Notes: generated by a model not told the origin, from the letters alone. A stretch of 64,000 nt of DNA from Eledone cirrhosa (GCA_964016885.1 OZ024745.1:126108001-126172000); one strand, 5' to 3'. Shown: positions 1 to 11,345, counted from the first letter of the stretch. Numbers and translations: made by a program.

Positions 1-79
1 GGTGGCGAGCCGGAAAGAGCTGGAGGGAACACCGCAAAGCATTCTATAATATAGAATGCTTTGCGGTGTTATTCTTGTA

Positions 80-850
80 GAGATAGATAGTCTGATGAGG
101 ATACGAACTTCCTAGTTCTAGGATTTCTTTATTGAATGACACATTAGATGAAGCCTCTTAAGTTCTAAAGCTCTCTCAGAATAGTTTGCAAATTGCGCTT
201 GTCCTCCGTTATGTTGGATTAGGTGGAGGGCAGAAAAAAGTGTGGGTGTTTTGTTATGTGTGTGCACTGTAGAGCTGGAAACAAAACAAACTATACGCTG
301 GCTTTACCATCAGAAGTGCTTCTTACTGAGTCATCTTGATTGAGGGGCGTTGGGAAGGATAAGAGATGTCTTTTGGCAAAAAACCAGAAACCTCAGTGCA
401 AAGGTGGGTGTTGGTGGTTTCCTCAACAGAACTGTTGTTTATAGATCATCTAAGGAGAAGAGTGTTGAGTGGGATGATTCTGGAAAGTTACTAGAGAGCC
501 TCTTGGCAATAAATCAGAAGGCACCACTACAGTTTAAGATTTGTTGAAATTTACAGAAGACAGAATGAATGATATGAGCTTTTGCTTTCCTGGTGGTGGT
601 TCTACAGGTGCAGTAAGATGAGTAAAGGCTCCACAGGTGAATATCTTGGGTGACATCCTCTGAGTATTGTAAGCAGTTTGTTTTGCTTGTATATGGAGCA
701 TTAGAGTTTTAAGGATATTGACACAACTAAAAGAATAGTAAATGTTAAGCGCTTCGTGGTTTCAAAGGAATTAGAGGGATGCATTATTAGTACTACCAAA
801 AATAGTCAACGTAGAACTAGTGAGGCAATGACAAGTTAGCTGATTTGAAG
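80..850 (-). pseudogene. Possible highly degenerate Penelope-like reverse transcriptase fragment
   Basis: Minus-strand fragments in shifting frames resemble PLE RT palm/thumb motifs in the expected order: FYVDY (~816-802), RKP-TNTH-like (~423-403), KRNLQTILR (~201-175), SSNVSFNKEILEL (~151-113). Many stops and frameshifts, and the motif spacing is longer than usual. Confidence 0.3.
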
Positions 851-949
851 TATGAGAGGGATTTTAGAGAGTAAGATGATATGGGACGTGAAAAGTGGCC
901 TTCCATAAATATTGCAATGAGTTTAACATTCATGAATATAATATGCTTA

Positions 950-1060
950 TGTGTATATATGTATATATGTATATATGTATGTATGTATGCATGTATGTAT
1001 ACATTATGTTTGTATGTATGTATGCATGTGTGTGTATGTATGTTTGTATGTATGTATGTG
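950..1060. repeat. (TATG/TG)n microsatellite
   Basis: Direct inspection. Confidence 0.9.
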
Positions 1061-1479
1061 TTGGTGGGGGTGATATATATATGGCTGGGTGATAAATACA
1101 TTAATGAATGGATATATGAAACCTTACACTCAAAACTTCATCAACTGAAACAAGAACTTACAGTCACAGCTGAAACAACTAAAATAGAAATTTATGTAAC
1201 AACATTTGTAAATATACCATCTGAGATTTAAGTGAATTGAAATTCTTAGAAATTGTCTCAAACGCAGAAAATAATTGTAAACGAAGTCGGCTGTTTTAAA
1301 TAATATCTTAGAAAATCAAGTAAAATACCCCTATAGACGGAGAAAATTGTACAGCAGCCACTACAGAGGATAGGGCTTTATGATAGATTCAGAGATCGAT
1401 AGTTTATTATCGCTGATGACCACGTTCTTCCACCTACAGGGGTATTTATCTGATTTCCTAAGTTATTATTTAAAACAAT

Positions 1480-2215
1480 CGACTGTGATTGCTGAATGTA
1501 CTGGCCAAACATTCGCTGATGGCGGGCTTACATATCAACATCTCCAAAACAAAATGTATGACAACTGATAGAAACAATGCCAATCTCCAACTCACAATCT
1601 ACAACCAGTAAATTGCTCAAGTTACGGTGTTTGTATATCTCGGTCACAAACTATCATCAAACAACAATGGAATAGTTGCTGCCTAGTATCGCATCGTTCT
1701 AGGTTGGGCAGCTTTCAATAAGAACAAGGAAGTACTAACATCAAAATGAGTTTCCTATCATTGGAAGGCTAAGATTTTTGATACTTACATCTTACCAGTT
1801 GTGTTATATAGTCTTGACTGTGTTAATTGGACAAGGTCACTTCAGAAGCTCTTTACATTCCAGAACCACATCATGAGACTTATGACAGGCAAACGGCTCA
1901 GCAACCGTATCTGTATCAGTAAGTTGCTCAACATTACCAGACTTAGACCAATTACATCAATCGTCAAATCAAGAGTACTCAAACTATACGGTCTTATAAA
2001 AAGATCAACTCGTGGTGTGAGTAGGCTATGTCTGGAAGGAAGGTTGGCTAGTAAGAGAAGCAGAAGGCAGCAGCCAAAACGGTGGCTTGATAATGTCAAC
2101 CTATGAACTGGACTTGATCTTTGCTCTTTAAACTCTGCTGTTGGTGATCGAACTTTGTGGAGAAAAATATCTCATGTTCATACGCAGTCTGCAACTGGCG
2201 GAGTTTAGCGTCTAA
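1480..2215 (+). pseudogene. RTE-type LINE reverse transcriptase C-terminal fragment (decayed)
   Basis: GLHINISKTKCMT, YLGHKLS, GWAAFNKNK, ILPVVLYSLDC, LKLYGLIKRS, EGRLASKRSRRQQPKRWLDNV follow the non-LTR RT C-terminal motif order. In-frame stops and frameshifts. Confidence 0.8.
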
Positions 2216-3166
2216 GTCGTAGTGTTTACAGTTATTATCTGTGCTTGTGATTCTCTACATTTGATAAGAAATATAATATATTTTAACCGCCGAATGTTAT
2301 AGTAATGCCAACGTAAAGAAAACAATTTATGTAAACTACAACTCTCATTTTTATGTTGTAGAAAACCTGAAACTGCGTGGACTAAGTTTTAAAGGCATCA
2401 AAGAATCATTGAATCTCGTTACGCAATAATCTACAGAAATTGAAAAGAATGTTTTCTGGAAAATGAGGAAAATGATTTTTTTCCATATCCATAAACATAA
2501 GTGGACTGAAAAAAACCCCAGCTTATACACGCTTGCTTGTATCTCTCTCCGACACACATATACATCAGAATTTCTTTCTTACATTTAAATTCAAGGCATT
2601 GACGTCTTTACACCCATAGGATCGTCCGACCATGACATAAGGCTATACATGATACATGCTGTGAAACATTCTACCACGCAGGCAACTACTAGCATTTCAT
2701 GACAGTGGCGCTTTGCTCTTGATTCATCCGAGACAACTAAGCAGGTATGTTTCCTCTTGGTAGTACTTGGTCACTACTTTAAAACAATAGCGTACGGTCT
2801 TCAAAATGCTTTTAATTAAGCATACAGTGTATTGCAAAATACACTATATATACATTCATATATATATCGCTATTTCAGAGCACCAATTCTAATTTTCAAT
2901 CTTTGCTGGACCGGCAACCGCTCTGTATAATCAATTCCTGATTATTACTGGAATTCTATAAGAATCCAACATTCATAATTTTCAGCAAATAGAAGGAGTA
3001 GTGAGCTTTGATAAGTTCCAAAAAGTACGAAACAGAGCTCTGTCAGTTTATCTCCCCTGTTTGCTGAAAATTTAAATAAGTGACATTGTCACTATTTTAA
3101 AACAATAGCGTATGGTCTTCAAAATGCTTTTAATTAAGCATACAGTGTATTTTGCAATATATATAT

Positions 3167-3259
<93 letters not shown>

Positions 3260-3431
3260 TGTGTCGGATGGAAAATGGCTGATGACCCGTGTAGCAGTAA
3301 ATAGTGACCAGAACTTAAGATGACGTGGAGTAACAACAGCCAATTGCATGACAAGAGTGGAAGAAGTTTTTTTAACGTGTTTTTTTTAATGATAACACCC
3401 CAGTGATAAAATTTGCTCCGAACGAACTACC

Positions 3432-3522
3432 CGTGTCTGAAGGAACCTGCAGCCGTAGAATCAGCCAGATCCATACAGTGACCATGTCTCGAGCTACCTG
3501 CCGGCGAAACAATTGTAACACG
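3432..3522 (+). ncRNA. Type I hammerhead ribozyme-like motif with extended domain II
   Basis: Stem I CGTGT/ACACG; core CTGAAGG (variant of CUGANGA); GCCG/CGGC near the base of a ~60 nt domain II; GAAA-C-AATT-G-TA; AATAAA at 3524; (TA)n 52 nt after the predicted cut. Confidence 0.6.
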
Positions 3523-3566
3523 CAATAAATTGAGTCCAGATGCATCACTGATTTTTCGTTCTTTTA

Positions 3567-3620
<54 letters not shown>

Positions 3621-3665
3621 AATAATAACAGGTAGACACATCATAAAAAGGTAATTTATTCCGTG

Positions 3666-3777
3666 TGCTTACAAGTGTTTCCACGGTGGTACTGCAGCCT
3701 AGTTATGCTACGTGCAAATTCACAAGTACTTGCAGAACTCAAATATCCAATGCTGTGACCACTGTTTCCTCAGAGCA
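3666..3777 (-). ncRNA. Type I hammerhead ribozyme motif with 85-nt domain II
   Basis: On minus: TGCT-CTGAGGA-[ACAGTGGT...ACCACCGT]-GAAA-C-ACTT-G-TA-AGCA, then AATAAA; (TA)n 54 nt after the predicted cut. Confidence 0.7.
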
Positions 3778-4153
3778 GAATGTCAACCATTACTACATCT
3801 TGGATAATCCTATACCTAATATATATATATATATATATGTGTGTGAGAAAAACCACAGTTATTAAAACCACAGATGTGAGAAAAACCACAGACCCTCCAT
3901 CTCAACTCTACTTTTGAAAGAACTGCGAAACCGGTAAAGGAACCAAATAAATATATATATTTTTTTTTAAAATAAGACTCCAGTTGCATTTTCGATTTCA
4001 TCTTTTTTCTTTATACTTTCACTCGTGTAGGACACCTCGGTTATTTTTCATTTTGTAAAAAAAAACCTCACTTTCTAATATATATATATATATATATATA
4101 AATTAATAAAATAACGAATTATCAAAGAAACAGTTCCTTATATTAAAAAAAAT

Positions 4154-4295
4154 TCATCATTTTACGATCGTTTCTAGGATATATATGTGTTAGAGTTGGT
4201 ATGCATATTCTATAGATCTATGTACAATATTTATACAAACTATCAGAGGGAATATACATACCTACACATATATATGCTGTCTTCAGAAATAATGA
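4154..4295 (-). ncRNA. Type I hammerhead ribozyme motif with ~105-nt stem II (family D)
   Basis: On minus: TCATTATTT-CTGAAGA-[CAGCATATATATGTGT...ACACATATATATCCTA]-GAAA-C-GATC-G-TA-AAATGATGA. Stem I is 9 bp. Lies in element 4101-4418 between TA arrays; second copy at 42030-42350. Confidence 0.75.
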
Positions 4296-4414
4296 TATTT
4301 GTTTATTGAAGAAAACAAAGATTCAATACAATAGGTCTGTTTGGGAACAGGTTTTGAATTGACCAATAGAGAGATAGTGAGGGTCAATATAGTAATATAG
4401 TAGTAGAAGAACCT

Positions 4415-4471
<57 letters not shown>

Positions 4472-4820
4472 GGGGGGAGAATGGAGGAGATACAGTGAGG
4501 GTAGAAGGGGAGAGAGAGGGAAAGAGATGGAAAAGAGTAGAAAGGGAGAAAAGTGGTTAAAAAAGAACTCCTTTACTACCCGATAAACATAATATACTTG
4601 TTCATTCACATATAGGAACACACATAAAATATGGCGTAGCTGGAAATGTCAAATCATTTGATAAAAACGGCAGCAAATTGAACTCAAACGAACTAAGAAG
4701 TATGAAATACTGACTCTACCAGCCATTGTCTTGAATATAAGAGACGAAACATTCTCTATATAATTTCACAGAAGAAAATTCAGTCATTCATATTTCAAAC
4801 ATATCTCCGACCTTTGCATT

Positions 4821-5420
4821 TATAGGAATGTTACTGTTTACCAAGCTCTCTGTATTTCGATTTTATTGTACGAGTGTTAGGCTGAGCCGCACTACAAGAA
4901 CCACATGATATATTGGAAGCTTTCTGTGTTCGCTGTCTTAAGTGCATCCTTGGAATCAGCTGGAAAGAAAAATTCTTCATACTGAAATCCATATGCGTCG
5001 AAATAATTGTTTCTACTTTAGGCACAGGGCCAGCAATTACCCAGTGCATTACTGGTACTTTATTTTATCGACCCCGTAAGGATGAAAGGCAAAGTCAACC
5101 TCGGCGGGATTTGAACTCAGATCGTAAAGGGACGTAACTATGCTGGAAAGCTTGGCGTCCGACCCTCTACCGATACTGCCAATCCACCGCCCTATGCGTC
5201 GAAATAATGACAATAAATGCTATTCCCCGCTTGGCAGCGATCGTAAACTGTATGGATGGATTCTTAATGCCTAGAATATTGTTTTATGATGGGGTAACTG
5301 GGGATTCTTGTCAACACGAAGGCCCAAGGAAACCATGAAAAGACCAACTGAAGCGGAATCTCACTGTATGTACAATTCATACCAAAGACCTTGATGAGCT
5401 CTATGATGGTGGACAGCAGA
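4821..5420 (+). pseudogene. RTE-type LINE 3' fragment interrupted by a SINE
   Basis: EAFCVRCLKCILGISWKEK then, after the SINE, MPRILFYDG...GPRKP*KDQLKRNL. Confidence 0.7.
5008..5192 (-). mobile_element. tRNA-derived Meta-domain SINE, full length, 16-bp TSD
   Basis: A box TGGCAGTATCGG, B box GTTCAAATCC, central GAGGTTGACTTTGCCTTTCATCCTTACGGGGTCGATAAAATAAAGTACCAG similar to the MetaSINE domain. TSD TATGCGTCGAAATAAT at 4992-5007 and 5193-5208. Confidence 0.9.
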
Positions 5421-5985
5421 TCATGCAGAGATCAACTTTCTTTTCATAATTACGGGGTTGATGAAATAAAGTACCAGTAACGCACTGGGGTCGATTTAAT
5501 CGACTTTACCATTTGCCAAAATTGTTGGCCTAGTTAGTAGATCAGAATGGCAGTATCGGTGAAGCGTCGAACACTATGCTTTGTGGCATACAGTTACGGC
5601 CCTTTACGTTCTGAATTCAAATCCTGTCAAGGTTAGCTTTACCTTTCATTCTTATGGGGTCGATATAATAAAGCACCATTAATACACTGAAGTCGATCTA
5701 ATCTACTTTCCCCTCCCCGAAAATAGCTGGCCTTGTACCTCTAGTAAAAATGGTTATCGTTGTAGTTGTTATTACCAGAAGGGTGGATTAACAGAATCGT
5801 TAGCGAATCAGAGAAAATGCTTTGCTGTATGTGTTTATGGTCTCGGTTCAAATCTCACCGAGATCAACATTGCCTTTCACAATACGGCGTCAACAAAATA
5901 AAATGCCAAACACTACAGTCGACATAATCGACATAACTCTGCCCCAGAAAGCTGGCCATGTGTCTGAAATTAGAAGTCATTATCA
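5420..5985 (+). mobile_element. Cluster of three diverged SINE copies
   Basis: Degenerate B box and Meta-domain matches at about 5430, 5610 and 5845. Confidence 0.7.
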
Positions 5986-6342
5986 ATATTGTTGCTGTTA
6001 CAATATTTATTTAACACCAAGTCAATCCTGATTCAGCAGAATTATGAGAAAAAGCGTTCTAGCTGCGATCATCTTTCCCTATATGAGAAAATATATTACA
6101 AAATTAGTATTCATTTCAAAACAGGGTGTGTGTGATTTAAATGAGTTTTGGTGGCTATTTTTAGTGGGTCAAGGTTATGAGCAGAAGCACCATCCTTTAC
6201 TCGAAACCATTATTTATATATATAAAGGGCGGTGAATTGCCGTCGGAGTCTTGAACATTTTCCTATTAACCACTCTACTACCATAAGTATTGAGTACTCT
6301 TGTGCGTTATGGTCCATCTAGTTCCTTACTACACTTCCTTCG

Positions 6343-6399
<57 letters not shown>

Positions 6400-6438
6400 A
6401 TATTAACAAATGGAAACTATATTTATAAAACCATATTT

Positions 6439-6502
6439 ATTTCATTATACATATTTCAAGGGCCACCAGAGCAAACTATGGTGCGCTTTCATCAGATAAA
6501 AT
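6439..6502 (-). ncRNA. Minimal type I hammerhead ribozyme (family E)
   Basis: On minus: ATTTTAT-CTGATGA-AAG..CACCA..TGGTG..CTT-GAAA-T-ATGT-A-TA-ATGAAAT. Element 6396-6700 lies between TA arrays. Confidence 0.8.
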
Positions 6503-6699
6503 ATAATATAGGTTAGTTTTATAAATAAATATTGACATACCCTTAAAAAATGCAACCATTCTGGTTGGAATCTCCTGGATAGTGGGGTTATTAGATTTAT
6601 TGTTGGTTTATTATGCAAATTAGTGTTGGAAAGGTTTAAAAACAGTATATTTAAATTAAGCCGTTAGAATAGGGAAAAAAGAGAAAATATAACCTCTAC

Positions 6700-6748
<49 letters not shown>

Positions 6749-6751
<3 letters not shown>

Positions 6752-6943
6752 TCAGATTGGGATGGTAAAAACCAGGTAGTCTGTAACCCACCAGAGTACT
6801 CGATACTTGGAGAAGTAGAGTGGGTAATATGAAAAGATTCAGGATCCCGACGGCTGAGCTCCGGCCGTTTTGACAGCTAGATCTAAACGGTTCGGATATA
6901 GTTGTCGAAACGGCCGGAGCTCAGCCGTCGGGGTCCTGAATCT

Positions 6944-6950
<7 letters not shown>
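6749..6950. mobile_element. TA-flanked fold-back element (family B variant) with HHR 3' half
   Basis: Inverted arms spanning 6828-6950; GAAA-CGGC...GCCG-TC motif; (TA)n on both sides. Confidence 0.7.
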
Positions 6951-7018
<68 letters not shown>

Positions 7019-7545
7019 AATGGAAAAAATGAAACGAAATTTCATTTCTCACTCTTAGTACGGCTGTTACTTAAATATAAGTATGTATACGTACATATAT
7101 ATATGTATACAGACGTACAGTAGTATGTATATATATATATATAAATACATGCACACATATATATATGTACGTATGGATTTACCGAGCATTTATTATAATG
7201 CTCGGTTTGTTTGTAAACAAACATCCTGAATTAAGCCGTACAGTGTTTAGCAACCATCGTTGCCCTTTTATTCAACACTGACAAAGGAACGATGTACTAG
7301 TTTCAAGCTTATCGTTTTCGGTGCGCCCGGCCGATTAACTCACTCGATATCCAAATTAGGCTGCTCAGCCGTTAATATGCATAAGGAAAGTATATACTTT
7401 CAGACGTTCAATCATTTGGCAAGAACGTATACGGTGCTGACGATATTTAAGTATATGTATGTAAAAGGTAAACAGAAATAACACAATCAGTACAGTATAT
7501 GGAAGGAATATATTAGGTTAACGCTTGAAAAAGCAGGAACAGAGA

Positions 7546-7579
7546 CTTAACGTTTCGGACGCTAGTCCTTCATCAGAAG
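7546..7579 (-). ncRNA. Minimal Penelope-type hammerhead ribozyme
   Basis: On minus: CTT-CTGATGA-A-GGAC-TAGC-GTCC-GAAA-CG-TT-AAG, the compact architecture typical of PLE-associated HHRs. Confidence 0.8.
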
Positions 7580-7709
7580 AAAGAATGAGAAATAAGATAG
7601 ATTGAAAGGATGGGGCGGGCTGGAATTGAAAAAAATGTCTTTAGATAAAATAACTGGTCCATTCATGTTGAGATATATATACAAATGGAAGTTTAGTAAA
7701 ATCGAAATG

Positions 7710-7945
7710 GCCGCGAATTGGCTGAGTCATTAAGACGTCGCATAGAATGTTTCAAATCACGCCGTGATCAACTTTGCCTTTCATCCTTTCGAGGTCGATA
7801 TAAAAAGTACCAGTCAATTCTTCCTCTATAGAAAAAATCGGCTGTGTTCAGTCCTGGAGAAGGTTAGGCTCCGCAAGGTTTAAATCTGCCCTAGACACAC
7901 CGTATGATGGTGCCTCTACGACTCCACTAGGGATTAAGGGATCAT
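7710..7945 (+). mobile_element. Meta-domain SINE with alternative long 3' tail (diverged)
   Basis: Meta domain at 7770-7815 followed by the GGCTCCGC..CCGTATGA..CTCTACGACTCC tail shared with 19150, 31895 and 49170. Confidence 0.65.
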
Positions 7946-7952
7946 TATCCTT

Positions 7953-7964
<12 letters not shown>

Positions 7965-7996
<32 letters not shown>

Positions 7997-8232
7997 TGTG
8001 TGTCCGTGCGTGTGCCTGTATGTGTGTGTCTCTGTGCGTGTGTATGTGTGTGTATGTGTGTGTATGTGTGTGTGTGTATGTGTCAGTGCGTGTGTGTATG
8101 TGCGCGTGTGTTTGTGTGTGAGTTTGTGTGAGTGTGTGTGTATGTGTGCGTGTGTGTGTGTGTGTGTCTGCGTCAGTGTGTGTGTGTGTGTGTCTGCGTC
8201 AGTGTGTGTGTGTGTCTGCGTCAGTGTGTGTG
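7965..8232. repeat. (TG)n compound microsatellite
   Basis: Direct inspection. Confidence 0.95.
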
Positions 8233-8389
8233 GTTCTATTCTGGTAGCTTCGTTTCACTTCTCATTGTACTGCCTCACTATTATTTTCTTACTCTGTTGT
8301 TCTTACTGTTACATCACTTATTGCTTCTCGTTATTAGAAGACGGCGGCGGCGGAGGAGGAGGTATTATTATCAGTTTCAGCATTATGTT

Positions 8390-8633
8390 TTTATGGTGGG
8401 GGGGGGGTCGTGGCGGTGGTGTTGTTGGTGGTGGCTGGGGGTTGGTTGGCGGGGTCGTAGTAGTGTCGTTGGTGGTGGTGGTGGTGGTGGTGGTGGTGGT
8501 GGTGGTGGTGTTGGTGGTTGTGTTGGTGGTGGTGGTGGTGTTGTTGTTGGTGGTGGTGGTGGCGTTGTTGTTGGTGGTGGTGGTGGTTGTGGTGTTGTTG
8601 GTGGTGGTGATGGTGGTGGTGTTGGTGGTGGTG

Positions 8634-8665
<32 letters not shown>

Positions 8666-9152
8666 GGTGGTGTTGTTGTTGTTGGTGGTGGTGGTGGTGT
8701 TGTTGTTGGTGGTGGTGGTGGCGTTGTTGTTGGTGGTGGTGGTGGTTGTGGTGTTGTTGGTGGTGGTGATGGTGGTGGTGTTGGTGGTGGTGTTGTTGTT
8801 GTTGGTGGTGGTGGTGGTGTTGTTGTTGTTGGTGTTGGTGGTGGTGGCGTTGGTGTTGGTGTTGGCGGTGGGGGTCGTGGCGGTGGTGTTGTTGTTGGTG
8901 GTGGTGGTGGTGGTGGCGGGGGAGTCGGTTGGGGTGGTCGTAGTATCGTCGTTGGTGGTGGTGGTGGTGGTGGTGGTGTTGGTGGTGGTGATGATGATGG
9001 TGGTGTTGGTGGTGGTGTTGTTGTTGGTGGTGGTGGTGGCGTTGTTGGTGGTGGTGTTGGTGTTGTTGTTGGTGGTGGCTGTGGTGGTGGCGTTGGTGTT
9101 GGTGTTGGTGGTGGTGGTGGTGGTAGTGGTGTTGGGGGGGGGGGGGGGGGGT
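8390..9152. repeat. (GGT/GTT)n trinucleotide array ending in poly-G
   Basis: Direct inspection; source of the spurious V-, G- and H/Q-rich ORFs. Confidence 0.95.
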
Positions 9153-9372
9153 ATGGTTCCTACTACTGCTGCACTTTATATATAATTGGCTGTGGGAATA
9201 TGATTGCAATATTCAACACGTCTCCTGGTGCAGCTGGCAGACAATTCAATGGGAAAATTTAATGAGCCAATCAACGGAGTCTTACTTTAGACAGCCACTC
9301 GACTGGTTAGAAATAGCAGTCTAATTACCTTAAATCATACTACACTGACTTTGAAAAAAGAACACTGACAAA

Positions 9373-9512
9373 ATGAGTCCAGAATTAGCCGTCGAAACGG
9401 CTTGAGCTCAGCCGTCGGGGTCCTACTCGTTCCTATTACCCACTCTACTACCCTAAGTATTGAGTATTTTGGTGCGTTATGGTCCACCTGGTTCCTTACC
9501 ACATTTCCTTCG

Positions 9513-9515
<3 letters not shown>
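9373..9515 (+). mobile_element. Family B TA-anchored element with HHR 3' half
   Basis: ATGAG..GTC-GAAA-CGGCT-TGAGCTC-AGCCG-TC-GGGG and a conserved tail ending CCTTCGT(TA)n. Other copies at 6238, 15010, 30781, 32810 and 44321. Confidence 0.75.
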
Positions 9516-9549
<34 letters not shown>

Positions 9550-9755
9550 TACAGTATCGTGGGAGAGGATGGAAGAAAGAAGAGGTATAGAGAGAGACGA
9601 TACAGATGATTATTTGCCAAAAGCATTCGTGCTCGTTGCTTTTGCAAACAGGGTTAAATATTAGAGGCGTTAATATTTAGTGTGCGAAGTTAAGCAGAGC
9701 GATTATAATCGAAGAAGTTGATGAAAGAGAAGCAAGCCGTTAAAATACATTTATA

Positions 9756-9803
9756 AAAAGCTCTTACACATGTTTCACCCAATGGGACTCGTCAGAGGCT
9801 TTT
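9756..9803 (-). ncRNA. Type I hammerhead ribozyme-like motif
   Basis: On minus: AAAAGCCT-CTGACGA-GT-CCC-ATT-GGG-T-GAAA-C-ATGT-G-TA-AG(A)GCTTTT. Stem II is weak. Confidence 0.55.
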
Positions 9804-9821
9804 AAAACAGTATAGAATTTA

Positions 9822-9985
9822 ATAATTGTTTCTACTTTTGGCACAAGGCCAGCAAATACCCAGTGTATTACTTGTACTTTATTTTATCGACCCCGTAAGG
9901 ATGAAAGGCAATGTTAACCTTGGCGGGATTTGAACTCAGAATGGCAAGGGCCGTAACTCTATGCGTCAAAGCATGGCGTCTAAGA
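9822..9985 (-). mobile_element. Meta-domain SINE (5' truncated)
   Basis: Match to 5008-5192. Confidence 0.85.
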
Positions 9986-10335
9986 TTTTAACATCGAAAT
10001 TCATAGCTCGGTTTTACAGTCTAGTGTTTATCTTTATGAACAAGGGCAGGTAATTACGGTGCTATTTAGAGTTATCTGTTAAATTAATGACCACTATTAC
10101 ACAATATATTTTCCTACTTCTAGTTACAAGGAGCTAATTTAATTATGCCTTGTCAATTCAATTTAATGAGACACTGTTAAAGTATGAATGTGAGTGTTAA
10201 TTATGATTAAGGTCATTAAAGACTGTACACTAGTTTTAGTTAGTATAAAGCTGCAGTTTCAACGTAGGCTTATGCGCAGAGAAAAGTAAAGGCTTATACG
10301 ATGGGCCCTGTATAGTTATATGATCATACGTCTAC

Positions 10336-10585
10336 AGTTGTTGTTGTTGTGGTTGTTGTAACTGCTGTTGCTGTTGCTGTTGCTGTTGGTGGTTTTTTGT
10401 TGTTGCAGTTGCTGCTGTTCTTGTTGCTACTATTGTCGCTGCTGTTGTTGCTATTGCTGTTGCTGTTGTTGTTGCTGTTGTTGTTGTTGCTGTTGTTACT
10501 GCTGCTGTTGTTGATGTTGCTGTTGCTGCTGTTCTTGTTGCTAGTATTGTCATTGTTGTTGCTGTTCTTGTTGCTACTATTGTCA

Positions 10586-10618
<33 letters not shown>

Positions 10619-11022
10619 TTGATGTTGTTGTTGGTGGTGTTTTGTTGTTGTTGCTGCTGCTGCTGTTGTTGTCATTGTTGTTACTGTTCTTCTTGCTACT
10701 ATTGTCACTGTTGTTGTTGCTGCTGCTATTGTTGCTGTTGCTGTTGTTGTTGTTGTTGCTGTTGTTTCTGTTACTACTATTGTCATTGTTGTCGTGACTG
10801 TTGTTGTTGGTGTTGTTGTTGTTACTGTGCCACTGTTTTTTGGCTAATATTGTCATTGTTGTCGTTACTGTTGTTGTTGTTGTTACTGTTGTTGTTGCTG
10901 TTGTTACTGCTGCTACTGTTTTTTGGCTACTATTGTCATTGTCGTTGTTACTGTTGCTGTTGTTGTTGTTGTTGTTACTGTTGTTGTTGTTGCTGTTGTT
11001 ATTCTTCTTGCAGTTGCTGTTA
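10336..11022. repeat. (TTG/CTG)n trinucleotide array
   Basis: Direct inspection. Confidence 0.95.
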
Positions 11023-11099
11023 TTTTTTCTTCAGATTTAGAGTTAGATGTGGACAGGATCAGTTTTCTGTTGACAATGATTGGAGAGAAATTGAAGTTA

Positions 11100-11308
11100 A
11101 GACAGAGGAAGAGGGAGAGAGAGAGGAAGAGGGAGAGAGAGAGGAAGAAAGAGAGAGAGACGGGGAAGAGATAGAGAGTGAGGGGAAGAGAGAGAGAGTG
11201 GGGAAGAGAGAGAGAGACAGAGAGAGAGAGAGAGGATGAGAGAGAGAGAGGATGAGAGAGAGAGAGGATGAGAGAGAGAGAGAGAGAGAGAGGATGAGAG
11301 AGAGAGGG

Positions 11309-11345
<37 letters not shown>

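Noticed and set aside
3911-3939. CTT-TTGAAAGA..GAAA-CCGG-TA-AAG
   Set aside because: Core box mutated and stem II absent; too degenerate to call.
5008-5192. tRNA genes suggested by A and B boxes
   Set aside because: The boxes belong to SINE heads; no cloverleaf, and they are followed by a SINE body and tail.
7968-9262. Long ORFs (405 aa V-rich, 376 aa G-rich, 272 aa H/Q-rich)
   Set aside because: They are translations of (TG)n and (GGT/GTT)n arrays, open in several frames on both strands, with no domain content.
10332-11239. Poly-L, poly-C and poly-N/T/Q ORFs
   Set aside because: Trinucleotide and GA microsatellite artefacts.
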